Of a stretch of 64,000 nt of DNA, positions 1-10,383 are shown piece after piece; position 1 is the stretch's first letter, and each line of letters begins with the position of its first letter. Location: positions 9,767 to 73,766 of the forward strand of contig JAFTZH010000029.1 in NCBI GenBank assembly GCA_017464565.1, in the 5' to 3' direction. Source of the stretch: Clostridia bacterium. Lineage in GTDB: Bacteria; Bacillota; Clostridia; Oscillospirales; CAG-272. A program made the translations under genes and the position numbers. Under the pieces are notes generated by a model. The model was given only the letters and a program-made list of their open reading frames with translations, was not told the origin of the DNA and did not search any database.

Positions 1-2
1 GT

Positions 3-3000
3 GATTTCGGGAAGCGTTGGCATTTCGCCTATCTCGTATTTTTCACTGCTCACCACCTCGCCGTTCACTACGAACTCCACGGTATAGCGTATTTTTTCAA
101 ATATAGCGGTGATAACGACGTCGGACGCAGGCAGCTTAAAGGTCTTTAGGTCAGAAACCTTGAACAGCTCGCCGGTATCTTTGCAATATATCTCTATCTC
201 CGAAAGAGAGTAACCTATTTCGGGATAGAATATCGCTGAAACGGTACCGCCCGCTTCAAGCGCCGAGGTGTCGGAGAGTACGCCTCCGTTTTTAGCTTCG
301 GCAAAGGTTATTTTATACAGCTGTTGAAGTATAAAATCGGAATTGCTCGCGGCGGAAAAGGTAAGGTATCCGTCGGAAAGCTTATACTGCGTCTCGCGCT
401 TCACGCTGTCCTCTATCATACGGTAAACGACGAAATTTTCCGATTTTACGCGGGACGTAGGTATTTTGATTCTTACGTCTCCGTCCGAGCTTACGGGGGA
501 GCCGTTCGCGTCTGTGATTTCAATAGCGCACACGCCCGTGGCGTCGTCGGATACGTCAAGCGTGAGCGAAACGACCTCCGCGTCTCCCGAGGCGAGAGAG
601 GAGACCGCCGCTTGGTCGATAGAAACTATCGTTCCGTTCATATCAAGCTCGATTTTTTTGGACTCGGATGCGGCGAGAGCCAGCAGTCCTCCGATATTTA
701 CCGAGGTATCGGAGACTTTTACCGTATAAGCCGTTCCCGACGACGCAAGAGATGCGTTTTCTGCTCCGCTTACGAGAACTGTTTCGGCGTATATTGCGGT
801 GTATTCCGCGTTTTTATTTACGGACTCTATCGTTTTGTCCCATTTTTCAAATTCAAAAAGAGACAAGCCTTCAACGAAAGCGGAAGAGAGGTCGGGGGCT
901 GACGGCATATCGCCGAAGGAATAGCGTTCGGTATAGCTTTTCTGCTTGGTTTTCCATATTACCTCGTATTTTCTCTCCGATTCGGTATACTGCGCCGTGT
1001 ATACGATATCCTCGGTTACGATGTCGGGATATGGGAACCAGCCGTCAAAGGTATATACCGTGGTTTCGGTGGATTCTCTTTCGGTGCTTCCGTCAAACGA
1101 AGGAATCTCGCCGTAAGAGCAGTAAGCGTCGATGACACCGTCCGCCGTTATCCAGCTTACCGTATAGTAACGTTCTTCGGAGGAATATACGGCGTAAATG
1201 CAAATATCTTTAGTCAGGTCAACGTTGCTCTCGCTTGGGATTATCAGCTCGTTCGGAGAGAGCGACCAGCCGAGGAAGGTATATACCCGCGTTCTGTCGG
1301 CGTCTCTCACCGGAGCTTGGGTCGGAAGGGAAATATCCTCAAAGGAAGATACCTCGGAATACGATATAACGGACGACGCGCCGTAATCGTAAACCGTCAG
1401 CACGGGCTTGTTTTCAAAGGATACGGCTTTCGTTACCGTTCGGGACAAGGTTATAGAGGCGTCGCTTTCAAATTCCTCTCTCTCGGTAAGCGTACCGTTC
1501 TCAAGCTCGGATACGATATCGGCGGCTCTTACGAGTTCGATAAGCTTTACGGGTGCTTCTCCCGGAGCTTCTGCTTCATCGGGCTTTACGGGCTTTTGAC
1601 ATACCGCGGGCGCGGCGGGCATTTTAACTTCGTCGGGTTTTAGCGGGTTTGCTGCCTTTTGAGGCTCTACGGGGACGGGGGGAAGTGTAAAGGTCGGTAC
1701 GTTCGTCGGCCACGAAAGTCCCGCGGGGGACGCCGCGTTGCTGTCGGAGATAATCACGTTAGGGGATAGAAGGTCCGAAAAATAGTAGGTGCGGGGATTG
1801 CCCTCGTAATCGTAAAACTCCCACGAGCCCGACGCCGATTCGGTGTCGTCAAGGCATTTGCATACCAGATATATCTGCGAAAGGACGTTGGTTATACGCC
1901 ATTGCTTGTATTTTGCCATTTCGGGATCGTCCTTGTAGTCTATCATCTCTATCTTCGTGCAGATATGGTGGAAAATCGTGGCGGTCATTATCTCGCTCAT
2001 AGAGTCGTAGAGATAATTGAATTTATAGCATATCTCCTCGTAATTCGCGCTGTAAAATGCGAACGCCGCCTGCTCGGATTCCGAGCGCGCGGTGTCGTAA
2101 GCGAGCAGAAGGCCGTTAAGCTCGTCCGATATTTTCGAGAGGTTGTCTATCGTGTTCGGGTCTATACGGTATATCGACGTAAGCTCTCCCTTGTATTTCT
2201 CGAACATTGATACGAGCTCCTTGTTCTGAAGCGCGCGGAAAAGGGAATTGTAGCCCGAGGACGGAGTGGTGTAAATGTTCTCTATCGCGTACATCGACGA
2301 GCGTATCCTGTTCAGCTGCTCGTAATAGCTTATGTAATCCTGCATAGAGCCGCTGTTTTCGGCGTATATTCTTTCGTATTCGGCTTTGTCGGCAAGATAC
2401 TGCTTGTAGTCCTCGGTATATTTGTTGTACGCCGCGAGATCGGCTTCATATTCCTCAAGCTCGTTGAGATATTTCTGGTATGCGGCGTATTCATCGTCGT
2501 ATTCCTTTTTGAGAACGAGATAGTTTTCATACGCTTCAAGCTCGTTTTCGTAAATTTCAAGCTGTTCCAGATATTCCTCGTACGTGCGGTAGCTCTCAAG
2601 ATAAGAGCCAAGCTCGTCAGCGTAGCTTTCCTCAAGCTCTTGCGCTTCCGCCGCCTTGCCGTAAGCGTAATTCAGGATATAATTGGCATCGGACGCGGGG
2701 ATTGAGAGAGAACAGGAATATTCTACCGAGACGAAAGCGTTATCGGATACCGCAACGCCAGAAAGCTCTCCCGAATATACTCCGTCCGAGTTTTTCGAAA
2801 GATCCGTTCCGTTCTCTCCGAGCGAGGCGCGGCGAGGTATCCAGCGGACCTCGGTGCCGTTTTCGGCGGAATACGAGTATTCCGCAGCCGAAACGCTCAG
2901 CGTACCGTTTTCAAAGGAAATACTTACCGAGTCGTTTGAAAAGCAGTCGTTTATAAGAAAAAAGCAGTTGCTGTAAGTGTCAAGATATTTGGCTTCGGCT

Positions 3001-3203
3001 TCCGAGACTTCTGCGTCGGGAGAGAGCAGGGCGAGAAGCTCGGAGGGGCGAAGCTCGGTGTGCTCAAGAGAGTCCGCGTCCGAATAATCGAAGCTCGGAG
3101 TGCCGTCGGAGGGGATATCCGAGACCTCGGCGAAAACGCCGAATATTCCGGCGAACGTGAGAAGGGCAAGCAGAAGCGCGGTTATGGGTACGTATTTTTT
3201 CAT
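3..3203 (-). CDS. Large secreted/surface protein with a Tyr-rich helical repeat, PxxP repeats and probable InlB B-repeat-like domains (C-terminus beyond the window edge)
   Basis: Partial manual translation: ATG at 3203 gives MKKYVPITALLLALLTFAGIFGVFA (signal peptide). The same frame gives sensible protein at the checked positions and at the edge (YTVEFVVNGEVVSSEKYEIGEMPTLPEI). TTGACA-17-TACAAT promoter upstream. Not every codon was checked for stops. Confidence 0.8.
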   Translation of the reverse strand, partial: MKKYVPITALLLALLTFAGIFGVFAEVSDIPSDGTPSFDYSDADSLEHTELRPSELLALLSPDAEVSEAEAKYLDTYSNCFFLINDCFSNDSVSISFENGTLSVSAAEYSYSAENGTEVRWIPRRASLGENGTDLSKNSDGVYSGELSGVAVSDNAFVSVEYSCSLSIPASDANYILNYAYGKAAEAQELEESYADELGSYLESYRTYEEYLEQLEIYENELEAYENYLVLKKEYDDEYAAYQKYLNELEEYEADLAAYNKYTEDYKQYLADKAEYERIYAENSGSMQDYISYYEQLNRIRSSMYAIENIYTTPSSGYNSLFRALQNKELVSMFEKYKGELTSIYRIDPNTIDNLSKISDELNGLLLAYDTARSESEQAAFAFYSANYEEICYKFNYLYDSMSEIMTATIFHHICTKIEMIDYKDDPEMAKYKQWRITNVLSQIYLVCKCLDDTESASGSWEFYDYEGNPRTYYFSDLLSPNVIISDSNAASPAGLSWPTNVPTFTLPPVPVEPQKAANPLKPDEVKMPAAPAVCQKPVKPDEAEAPGEAPVKLIELVRAADIVSELENGTLTEREEFESDASITLSRTVTKAVSFENKPVLTVYDYGASSVISYSEVSSFEDISLPTQAPVRDADRTRVYTFLGWSLSPNELIIPSESNVDLTKDICIYAVYSSEERYYTVSWITADGVIDAYCSYGEIPSFDGSTERESTETTVYTFDGWFPYPDIVTEDIVYTAQYTESERKYEVIWKTKQKSYTERYSFGDMPSAPDLSSAFVEGLSLFEFEKWDKTIESVNKNAEYTAIYAETVLVSGAENASLASSGTAYTVKVSDTSVNIGGLLALAASESKKIELDMNGTIVSIDQAAVSSLASGDAEVVSLTLDVSDDATGVCAIEITDANGSPVSSDGDVRIKIPTSRVKSENFVVYRMIEDSVKRETQYKLSDGYLTFSAASNSDFILQQLYKITFAEAKNGGVLSDTSALEAGGTVSAIFYPEIGYSLSEIEIYCKDTGELFKVSDLKTFKLPASDVVITAIFEKIRYTVEFVVNGEVVSSEKYEIGEMPTLPEI

Positions 3204-3277
3204 TATATAAGGAATACCTTTCGTACAAAGCTTTTTAATCGGAAACAATTCAATTCGAGTGAATAGGTCTTGATATT

Positions 3278-3306
3278 ATTGTAAAATAATATCGTGGATA
3301 TGTCAA
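3278..3306 (-). promoter_or_regulatory. sigma-A promoter of the surface protein gene
   Basis: Minus strand TTGACA (3306-3301), 17 bp, TACAAT (3283-3278). Confidence 0.65.
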
Positions 3307-3355
3307 TATTTTTTGCCCGAAAAGAACGTCCGCAAAAGTAAATTCTTTTTTTCTG

Positions 3356-3384
3356 TTGACTTTTTATTTACTTTATGTTATCAT
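3356..3384 (+). promoter_or_regulatory. sigma-A promoter of the rfbH cluster
   Basis: TTGACT, 17 bp, TATCAT with extended -10 TG. Confidence 0.6.
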
Positions 3385-3495
3385 ATACGCATTAGTAGAA
3401 TTTTGTCGCAAAGACGATTCCGCTATACCAAAACCACACAAAGCGTATCAAAATCATATAAAAACGTTTAGTAAAGTGTACGAAAGGAAAACATA

Positions 3496-4833
3496 ATGAT
3501 AAACGGATTCAATGAACGCGAAGCCAGAGAGAATATTCTCAAGGAAGTAAGGGAGTATTGTGAGAAGTTTCACAAAAAGCCCGAGTATAAAGAGGGCGAC
3601 AGAATACCTTACGCTTCACGCGTATACGACAGCGAAGAAATGTGCAACCTTGTGGACAGCGCGCTTGAATTTTGGCTTACGTCGGGAAGATATACCGATG
3701 AATTCGAGTCTAACTTTGCGGAGTATCTCGGAGTAAAGCACTGCAGTCTTGTCAACTCCGGCTCGTCAGCTAACCTTCTTGCGTTTATGACGCTTACCTC
3801 GCCTCTTCTCGGCGAAAGAGCGATAAGGCCCGGCGACGAGATAATTACGGTGGCGGCAGGCTTTCCCACCACGGTAACTCCGGCTATTCAGTACGGGGCG
3901 GTTCCCGTATTCGTCGATATAACTATCCCTCAGTATAATATAGACGTTACCAAACTTGAGGCGGCTTTGAGCGATAAGACCAAGGCGGTAATGATAGCTC
4001 ATACCCTCGGCAATCCGTTTGACCTTTCCGCCGTTAAAAAGTTCTGCGACGCGCACGGACTTTGGCTGGTAGAGGACAACTGCGACGCTCTCGGCTCCGA
4101 ATACGTTATGGATTCGGTTACTCACAAGACGGGAACGGTCGGAGACATTGGAACGAGCAGCTTCTATCCCCCTCATCATATGACTATGGGAGAGGGCGGT
4201 GCCGTCTATACCAACAATCCCTTGCTCGCGAAGATAATTCGTTCTATGAGAGACTGGGGAAGAGACTGCGTATGTCCGTCGGGCTGTGATAACCTTTGCA
4301 ATCACCGCTTTGACAGACAGTACGGCGAGCTTCCGCTCGGATACGACCATAAATACGTTTACTCACATTTCGGATATAACCTTAAGGCTACCGATATGCA
4401 GGCGGCTATCGGCTGCGCTCAGCTTAAAAAATTCCCCTCGTTCGTCGCGCGCCGCAGAGAGAATTTCAAGCGCCTGCGCGCCGCTCTCGAGTGCGTTTCG
4501 GATAAGCTGATTCTGCCCGAGGCTTGCCCGAATTCCAATCCCTCCTGGTTCGGATTCCTTATAACCTGCCGTGAGGGAGTAGACAGAGAGAAGGTCGTTC
4601 CCTATATAGAGGCTAACGGCGTTCAGACGAGAATGCTTTTCGCGGGAAATCTTACCAAGCACCCCTGCTTTGACCGAATGAGAGCGGAAGGAAAGGGCTA
4701 CAGAATAGTCGGAGACCTCTCGGTTACCGACCAAGTAATGAATTCGACCTTCTGGGTTGGAGTATATCCCGGAATGACCGACGAAATGATAGATTATATG
4801 GCTAAGGTCATTATCGCCTCCGTCAAGGACTGA
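3496..4833 (+). CDS. rfbH: CDP-4-keto-6-deoxy-D-glucose 3-dehydrase (RfbH/DdhC, DegT/DnrJ family)
   Basis: VNSGSSANLLA, EDNCDALGS, SSFYPPHHMTMGEGG (His in place of the PLP Lys), RDWGRDCVC, GYDHKY motifs. Confidence 0.9.
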   Translation: MINGFNEREARENILKEVREYCEKFHKKPEYKEGDRIPYASRVYDSEEMCNLVDSALEFWLTSGRYTDEFESNFAEYLGVKHCSLVNSGSSANLLAFMTLTSPLLGERAIRPGDEIITVAAGFPTTVTPAIQYGAVPVFVDITIPQYNIDVTKLEAALSDKTKAVMIAHTLGNPFDLSAVKKFCDAHGLWLVEDNCDALGSEYVMDSVTHKTGTVGDIGTSSFYPPHHMTMGEGGAVYTNNPLLAKIIRSMRDWGRDCVCPSGCDNLCNHRFDRQYGELPLGYDHKYVYSHFGYNLKATDMQAAIGCAQLKKFPSFVARRRENFKRLRAALECVSDKLILPEACPNSNPSWFGFLITCREGVDREKVVPYIEANGVQTRMLFAGNLTKHPCFDRMRAEGKGYRIVGDLSVTDQVMNSTFWVGVYPGMTDEMIDYMAKVIIASVKD

Positions 4834-4904
4834 AATCTTTTCCGATAAAGCTTTTGAGCGGACCGACGGAGTCATTTGAGCCGCGTACGCGGCAAGGAGA
4901 TTTT

Positions 4905-6506
4905 ATGGGACAGATAAAATTGTTGGATTGTACGCTTCGAGACGGCGGATATATAAACGACTGGAATTTCGGACACGATAATCTCGTAAGCGTATTCGAA
5001 CGCCTGGTTGACGCGGGCGTGGATATAATAGAAATAGGCTTTCTCGACGAGCGCCGTCCGTTTGATATGGACAGGAGCATAATGCCGAATACCGATTGCG
5101 TCGAAAAGGTTTTCGGCGGACTTGACAGAAAGCAGGCTATGGTCGTCGGAATGATAGATTACGGCACCTGCGGACTTAAAAATATAGCGCCCTGCGGCGA
5201 GAGCTTTCTTGACGGTATAAGAGTTATTTTCAAAAAGCATCTTCGCGAGGAGGCTATGGCGTTTTGCGGAGAGCTTAAGAAGCTCGGCTACAAGGTGTTC
5301 GCGCAACTCGTGTCGGTTACGAGCTACGACGACGGCGAAATGCTGGATCTCGTGCGCCTCGCAAATCATTATAAGCCGTACGCGGTGTCTATGGTTGATA
5401 CCTACGGTCTTATGCACAGCAACAATCTTATGCATTATTTCAAGCTTCTCAACGATAATCTTGATACCGATATAGGACTTGGATATCACGCGCACAATAA
5501 TTTCCAGATGGGATACGCGAACTGCATTTCTATGCTTGCCAACAAGACCGATCGTCTTATGGTGGTTGACGGAACTATCTACGGAATGGGAAAGAGTGCG
5601 GGCAACGCGCCGATAGAGCTTATAGCGATGCATATGAATCAGACGCTCGGTACGGGTTATAATATAAGCCAGATACTTGAAGCGATAGATTCGAATATAA
5701 TACAATTCTGTCAGCAGCCTACGTGGGGCTACAGTATGTTTTATTATCTCGCGGCGTCGAACGACTGCCACCCTAATTACGTTACTTATCTTATGGATAA
5801 GAGAACGCTGTCGATAAGCGCCATAAACGAGATACTCGGCAAGCTGGAGGGAGAGAAAAAGCTCCTTTACGATAAGAATTATATCGAGACTCTTTACGTC
5901 GATTATCAGAATAACGAGATAAACGACGAGGAGGACAGAAAGTGCCTTTCCGAGACGCTTGAAAAGCGAAACGTCCTTATCGTAGGACCCGGCGTTACCC
6001 TCAAATCCGATAAAAACAATATAATCGGACATATTGAGGAGAAAAAGCCGATAGTTATTTCGGTGAACTTCATTCCCGACGGAATAGAGCCGGATCTGCT
6101 TTTTTTGAGCAACGCCAAGAGATATCTTCAGCTCGCGACCAAGCTCAATAACGAAAAGCGAAGAATAATAGCTACCTCAAACGTGTCCGAGACGACTACG
6201 GGTTCGTTTGAATACAAGATAAATTACAGCACGCTTATTGATACCGAGGCGGAGTTTATCGACCATTCTATGATAATGCTTATAAAGCTTCTTATGGACT
6301 GCGGTATAAACAAGATAAGTCTTGCGGGCTTTGACGGATACTCGGCTAAAAACACCAACTATTATAAGCGGGCAATGGAATACGATTTCGTCAAGAAAAA
6401 AGCCGATTATCTTAATACCTACACCAAGAATTTCCTGAACGGTATAAAGAATAAGGCGGAGATAGAGTTCGTTACGAAATCGCGTTATGAGGATGAGACT
6501 GTATGA
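4905..6506 (+). CDS. DRE-TIM/HMGL-like aldolase catalytic domain protein with a C-terminal Rossmann-like domain
   Basis: LLDCTLRDGG, GYHAHNN, GMGKSAGN motifs; RBS AAGGAG before ATG 4905. Confidence 0.75.
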   Translation: MGQIKLLDCTLRDGGYINDWNFGHDNLVSVFERLVDAGVDIIEIGFLDERRPFDMDRSIMPNTDCVEKVFGGLDRKQAMVVGMIDYGTCGLKNIAPCGESFLDGIRVIFKKHLREEAMAFCGELKKLGYKVFAQLVSVTSYDDGEMLDLVRLANHYKPYAVSMVDTYGLMHSNNLMHYFKLLNDNLDTDIGLGYHAHNNFQMGYANCISMLANKTDRLMVVDGTIYGMGKSAGNAPIELIAMHMNQTLGTGYNISQILEAIDSNIIQFCQQPTWGYSMFYYLAASNDCHPNYVTYLMDKRTLSISAINEILGKLEGEKKLLYDKNYIETLYVDYQNNEINDEEDRKCLSETLEKRNVLIVGPGVTLKSDKNNIIGHIEEKKPIVISVNFIPDGIEPDLLFLSNAKRYLQLATKLNNEKRRIIATSNVSETTTGSFEYKINYSTLIDTEAEFIDHSMIMLIKLLMDCGINKISLAGFDGYSAKNTNYYKRAMEYDFVKKKADYLNTYTKNFLNGIKNKAEIEFVTKSRYEDETV

Positions 6507-7153
6507 GCCGATACGATATAGCGATTTTTGATCTCGACGGAACGCTTCTCGATACCACAGAGGGAATACTTGCGGCGCAGAAGCATACTATTCGGGAAAT
6601 GGGCTTTGATATGCCGAACGATGAGGAGCTGAAAAGCTTTATAGGTCCTCCCGTTCAGGACGCGTTCGCCAAGGCGTATGGGCTTGAAGGTCCGATACTT
6701 CAGGAGATAGCCACCGTATTCAGAAACTTTTACAGTACCGAGACTCTGCTTTTGGCTAAAGCCTACGACGGAATCTTCGAGCTGCTTGCGGAGCTTCGGA
6801 GAAGGGGAGTAACGCCCGCGGTAGCTACCTATAAAAGAGAGGATTACGCGCTGAGGCTGCTTAAGCATTTCGGATTTGACGAATATACCGACGTTATGTT
6901 CGGCGGAGACCACGAAAATAAGCTTAAGAAAAAGGATATAATAGAAAAGTGTATCGCTGCCGCGGGAATAAAAGACCTCGGCAGAGCGGTTATGATAGGC
7001 GATACCGAGCTTGACGCCAACGGAGCGGAGGCGATAGGAATCGACTTTATCGGAGTTACCTACGGCTTTGGCTTCAAAACCTTGGACGACGTAAAAAAGG
7101 TGAAGTCTGTCGGCGGAGCCGACAGTGCGCCGGAACTTTTGAATTATTTTTAA
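6503..7153 (+). CDS. HAD family hydrolase (phosphoglycolate phosphatase-like)
   Basis: FDLDGTLLDT motif I, MIGDTELD motif IV; ATGA overlap with the upstream gene. Confidence 0.85.
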   Translation: MSRYDIAIFDLDGTLLDTTEGILAAQKHTIREMGFDMPNDEELKSFIGPPVQDAFAKAYGLEGPILQEIATVFRNFYSTETLLLAKAYDGIFELLAELRRRGVTPAVATYKREDYALRLLKHFGFDEYTDVMFGGDHENKLKKKDIIEKCIAAAGIKDLGRAVMIGDTELDANGAEAIGIDFIGVTYGFGFKTLDDVKKVKSVGGADSAPELLNYF

Positions 7154-7250
7154 AATTACCGGAAAGGCATACCTTCGGCGCTTTTCCGGTATGCCTGTAA
7201 AATGTTGAATTTAAATCACGGAAAAATTCTGAAATAAGGAGAAAATACAT

Positions 7251-9056
7251 ATGAAGGTTAAGCTTTCACAGTATATAGCGGATTTTTTGGTGGAGCGCGG
7301 AATTACCGATTGCTTTATGGTAACGGGGGGAGGCGCTATGCACCTCGACGACGCTCTCGGACACAAGGAAGGGCTCAAATGTATTTTTAATCATCACGAG
7401 CAGGCTTGCTCTATCGCCGCGGAGGCGTATACGAGAATGACGGGAAAGCTTGCTGCTGTCTGCGTTACGAGCGGTCCCGGCGGAACGAACGCCATTACGG
7501 GAGTTATGGGCGGCTGGCTCGACTCGATACCTATGTTCGTGCTTTCGGGTCAGGTCAAAAGAGAGACTACCACGCAGTCTTGTCCCGAGCTTGGACTCCG
7601 TCAGCTCGGAGACCAGGAGTTCGATATAATAAATTCGGTATCCAATATGACGAAGTACGCGGCGATGATAATGGATCCCAAGGATATCGCTTATCATCTT
7701 GAAAAGGCGTATTATCTCGCGCTTGAGGGAAGGGGCGGCCCCGTGTGGCTCGATATCCCGCTTGACGTTCAGGGTGCGCAGATAGAAACAGACGAGCTTA
7801 AGCACTTTTCTCCGGAGCAGGAATGTCCGTGGAAGCTTCCCGAGCTAAAAAAGGATACCGTCAAAGATATACTTGATAAGATAAGCAGCGCAAAAGCGCC
7901 TCTTCTTCTCGTCGGAACGGGAGTAAGACTTTCGGGCGCGGGAGAAAAACTTCTTGAGCTTATCGACAAGCTGAAGATACCGGTAGTTACCGCTTGGAAC
8001 GCGAACGACGCTGTTGCGGCTGACAATCCCTATTTTGCGGGAATGCCCGGAACCGTCGGAACGCGCCCCGGAAACTTCGCGGTGCAGAAATGCGACCTGC
8101 TTCTGAGCATAGGCTGCCGTCTTAATATCCGTATGATAGGATATACCCATTACGACTTCGCCAAAAACGCGTATAAAATAATAGTGGATATCGACCCCCG
8201 CGAGCTTATAAAGCCTACGGTCCGTGCCGATATGCCCGTCAACGCCGACGCGGCAGAGCTTATTGACGCTATGCTTGCGGAGGAGTATACGCCCAATCCG
8301 AAGCACGAGAGCTTCGTTGCGTGGTGCAGAGACCTCGTGAAGAGATATCCCGCCGCCTGCGAGAGCTATCGAAACGCGGAGGGACTTATAAATCCGTATA
8401 TTTTCATAGACACTCTCTTTGACTGCCTTGACAGCAGCGACAGAATAATTACGGGTAACGGAAGTGCCTGCGTTATAACCTTCCAGGTAGCGAAGATAAA
8501 GCAGGGACAGCGTATGTTTACCAATTCGGGCTGCGCGGCAATGGGTTACGGTCTTCCCGCGGCTCTCGGCGTAGCGGTTTCCGATAACAGCCGCCGTACC
8601 GTATGTATCGACGGCGACGGAAGCGTTATGATGAATCTTCAGGAGCTTGCCACGATAGCTTACAACAGACTTAACGTCAAGCTTATCATTCTAAATAATA
8701 ACGGATATCTCTCTATCCGTCAGACGCAGACCAATCTTTTCAAGCCTCCGTTTATCGGAATAGACGGCGAGAGCGGTATCTGCTTCCCTGATTTCGGAAA
8801 GCTTGCGGATGCGTTCGGGCTTCCTTATTATAAGACCGACAGCGAGGCCACCGCATCCTATATACTCGACGAATTTCTCAATTCCGACGGACCCGCGATA
8901 TGCGAGGTGGTCGTAGATCCCAAGCAGAATTTCGCTCCGAAATCGTCCTCGAAGGTGCTTCCCGACGGAAGAATAGTTTCGCCCTCTATCAACGATATGG
9001 CACCCTTCCTTGACAGAGACGAGTTTGAAAAGATAGTAGACGCGCCCCTTGATTAA
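7251..9056 (+). CDS. Thiamine diphosphate-dependent enzyme (acetolactate synthase-like, YerE-type)
   Basis: HHEQAC, TSGPGGTN, GDGSVMMN...NN ThDP motif; RBS AAGGAG. Confidence 0.85.
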   Translation: MKVKLSQYIADFLVERGITDCFMVTGGGAMHLDDALGHKEGLKCIFNHHEQACSIAAEAYTRMTGKLAAVCVTSGPGGTNAITGVMGGWLDSIPMFVLSGQVKRETTTQSCPELGLRQLGDQEFDIINSVSNMTKYAAMIMDPKDIAYHLEKAYYLALEGRGGPVWLDIPLDVQGAQIETDELKHFSPEQECPWKLPELKKDTVKDILDKISSAKAPLLLVGTGVRLSGAGEKLLELIDKLKIPVVTAWNANDAVAADNPYFAGMPGTVGTRPGNFAVQKCDLLLSIGCRLNIRMIGYTHYDFAKNAYKIIVDIDPRELIKPTVRADMPVNADAAELIDAMLAEEYTPNPKHESFVAWCRDLVKRYPAACESYRNAEGLINPYIFIDTLFDCLDSSDRIITGNGSACVITFQVAKIKQGQRMFTNSGCAAMGYGLPAALGVAVSDNSRRTVCIDGDGSVMMNLQELATIAYNRLNVKLIILNNNGYLSIRQTQTNLFKPPFIGIDGESGICFPDFGKLADAFGLPYYKTDSEATASYILDEFLNSDGPAICEVVVDPKQNFAPKSSSKVLPDGRIVSPSINDMAPFLDRDEFEKIVDAPLD

Positions 9057-9060
9057 AAAT

Positions 9061-9112
9061 AAAAAGTCCGAAGCGAACGGGGTTGATACCGTTCGCTTCG
9101 GCTTTCTTTTTC
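9061..9112 (+). terminator. Intrinsic terminator
   Basis: CCGAAGCGAACGG / CCGTTCGCTTCGG stem followed by a T-rich tract. Confidence 0.8.
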
Positions 9113-9205
9113 CTCAAACGGAATTTATTTTTTACAGCATAGCGAGAAAATATTGGTATAATAAAATTATTTTTCCGATTTAAGAAAAATATTTTCAAAA
9201 ATCTA

Positions 9206-9234
9206 TTGACAAAGCGAGAACTGCGTTGTATAAT
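9206..9234 (+). promoter_or_regulatory. Consensus sigma-A promoter of recA
   Basis: TTGACA-17-TATAAT, perfect consensus. Confidence 0.85.
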
Positions 9235-9267
9235 GAGACCATATCAAGAAATTTACGGAGAAGGATT

Positions 9268-10383
9268 ATGGCAACTGCAAAGAAAAAAATCGAAATGATT
9301 CCGAGAGACAGCGACAAGGAAGCGAAGAAAAAAGCGCTCAATACCGCGATAGCTCAGCTTGAGCGGGATTTCGGAGCAGGCTCTATAATGAAGCTCGGAG
9401 AACACTCCAGACTTGAGGTACAGGCTGTAAGTACGGGGTCTATCTCACTCGATCTCGCGCTTGGAATAGGCGGTGTTCCGAGAGGAAGAATAATCGAAAT
9501 ATTCGGTCCCGAATCGTCGGGTAAGACAACCGTTGCTTTACATATTATTGCCGAGGTGCAGAAGTCGGGCGGAGAGGCGGCGTTTATCGACGCCGAGCAC
9601 GCGCTCGATCCCGTCTACGCGAAGGCGCTCGGTGTGGATATCAATAATCTTCTCGTTTCACAGCCCGACTGCGGAGAGGACGCGCTCGATATAACCGAGG
9701 CGCTCGTCCGGTCGGGTGCCATCGACGTCGTCGTTATCGACTCGGTCGCGGCTCTCGTTCCCAGACAGGAAATAGACGGGGATATGGGACAGTCGCAGGT
9801 CGGAGTTCAGGCGAGACTTATGTCACAGGCTATGAGAAAGCTTTCTTCGGTTATCGCAAAGAGCAACAGCGTCGTCATATTTATAAATCAGCTTCGTGAG
9901 AAGGTAGGCGTGATGTACGGAAATCCCGAAACCACGCCCGGAGGCCGCGCGCTGAAATTCTACGCTTCGGTAAGAATAGACGTAAGAAAAGCGGATCAGC
10001 TTAAAAACGGAAGCGAGATATACGGAAATCACGTAAGATGCAAGATAGTTAAAAACAAGGTTGCTCCTCCGTTTAAAGTAGCTGAATTCGATATACTTTA
10101 CGGAAAGGGAATATCACGCTCGGGCGAGATAATAGATTATTGTATCGCGCTTGATATTATAAAGAAAAGCGGTTCGTGGTTCTCGTACAACGGCGAGAGA
10201 ATAGGTCAGGGCAAGGAAAACGTGCGCAAGCTCATCGAATCCAATCCCGCGCTCCTTGCCGAGCTTGACGCGAAGATACGCAGTATGAAGGACAACATAC
10301 CTTCGCCCGAGGAGAGCTTTGAGCTTGACGAGGATACCGACGATTTTGATATCAAGACCTTGAAATCGGATATCGAGGAATAA
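9268..10383 (+). CDS. recA: Recombinase RecA
   Basis: GPESSGKTT Walker [32 protein letters not shown]. Confidence 0.98.
   Translation: MATAKKKIEMIPRDSDKEAKKKALNTAIAQLERDFGAGSIMKLGEHSRLEVQAVSTGSISLDLALGIGGVPRGRIIEIFGPESSGKTTVALHIIAEVQKSGGEAAFIDAEHALDPVYAKALGVDINNLLVSQPDCGEDALDITEALVRSGAIDVVVIDSVAALVPRQEIDGDMGQSQVGVQARLMSQAMRKLSSVIAKSNSVVIFINQLREKVGVMYGNPETTPGGRALKFYASVRIDVRKADQLKNGSEIYGNHVRCKIVKNKVAPPFKVAEFDILYGKGISRSGEIIDYCIALDIIKKSGSWFSYNGERIGQGKENVRKLIESNPALLAELDAKIRSMKDNIPSPEESFELDEDTDDFDIKTLKSDIEE

Noticed and set aside
324-3266. Plus-strand and short minus-strand ORFs in the first 3.3 kb
   Set aside because: Shadows of the single long minus-strand gene starting at 3203; no RBS and no recognisable motifs.
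9216-9230. Possible LexA (Cheo) box GAAC...GTT in the recA promoter spacer
   Set aside because: GAAC-TGC-GTTG has a 3-nt spacer and a mismatch versus GAAC-N4-GTTC; not supportable.
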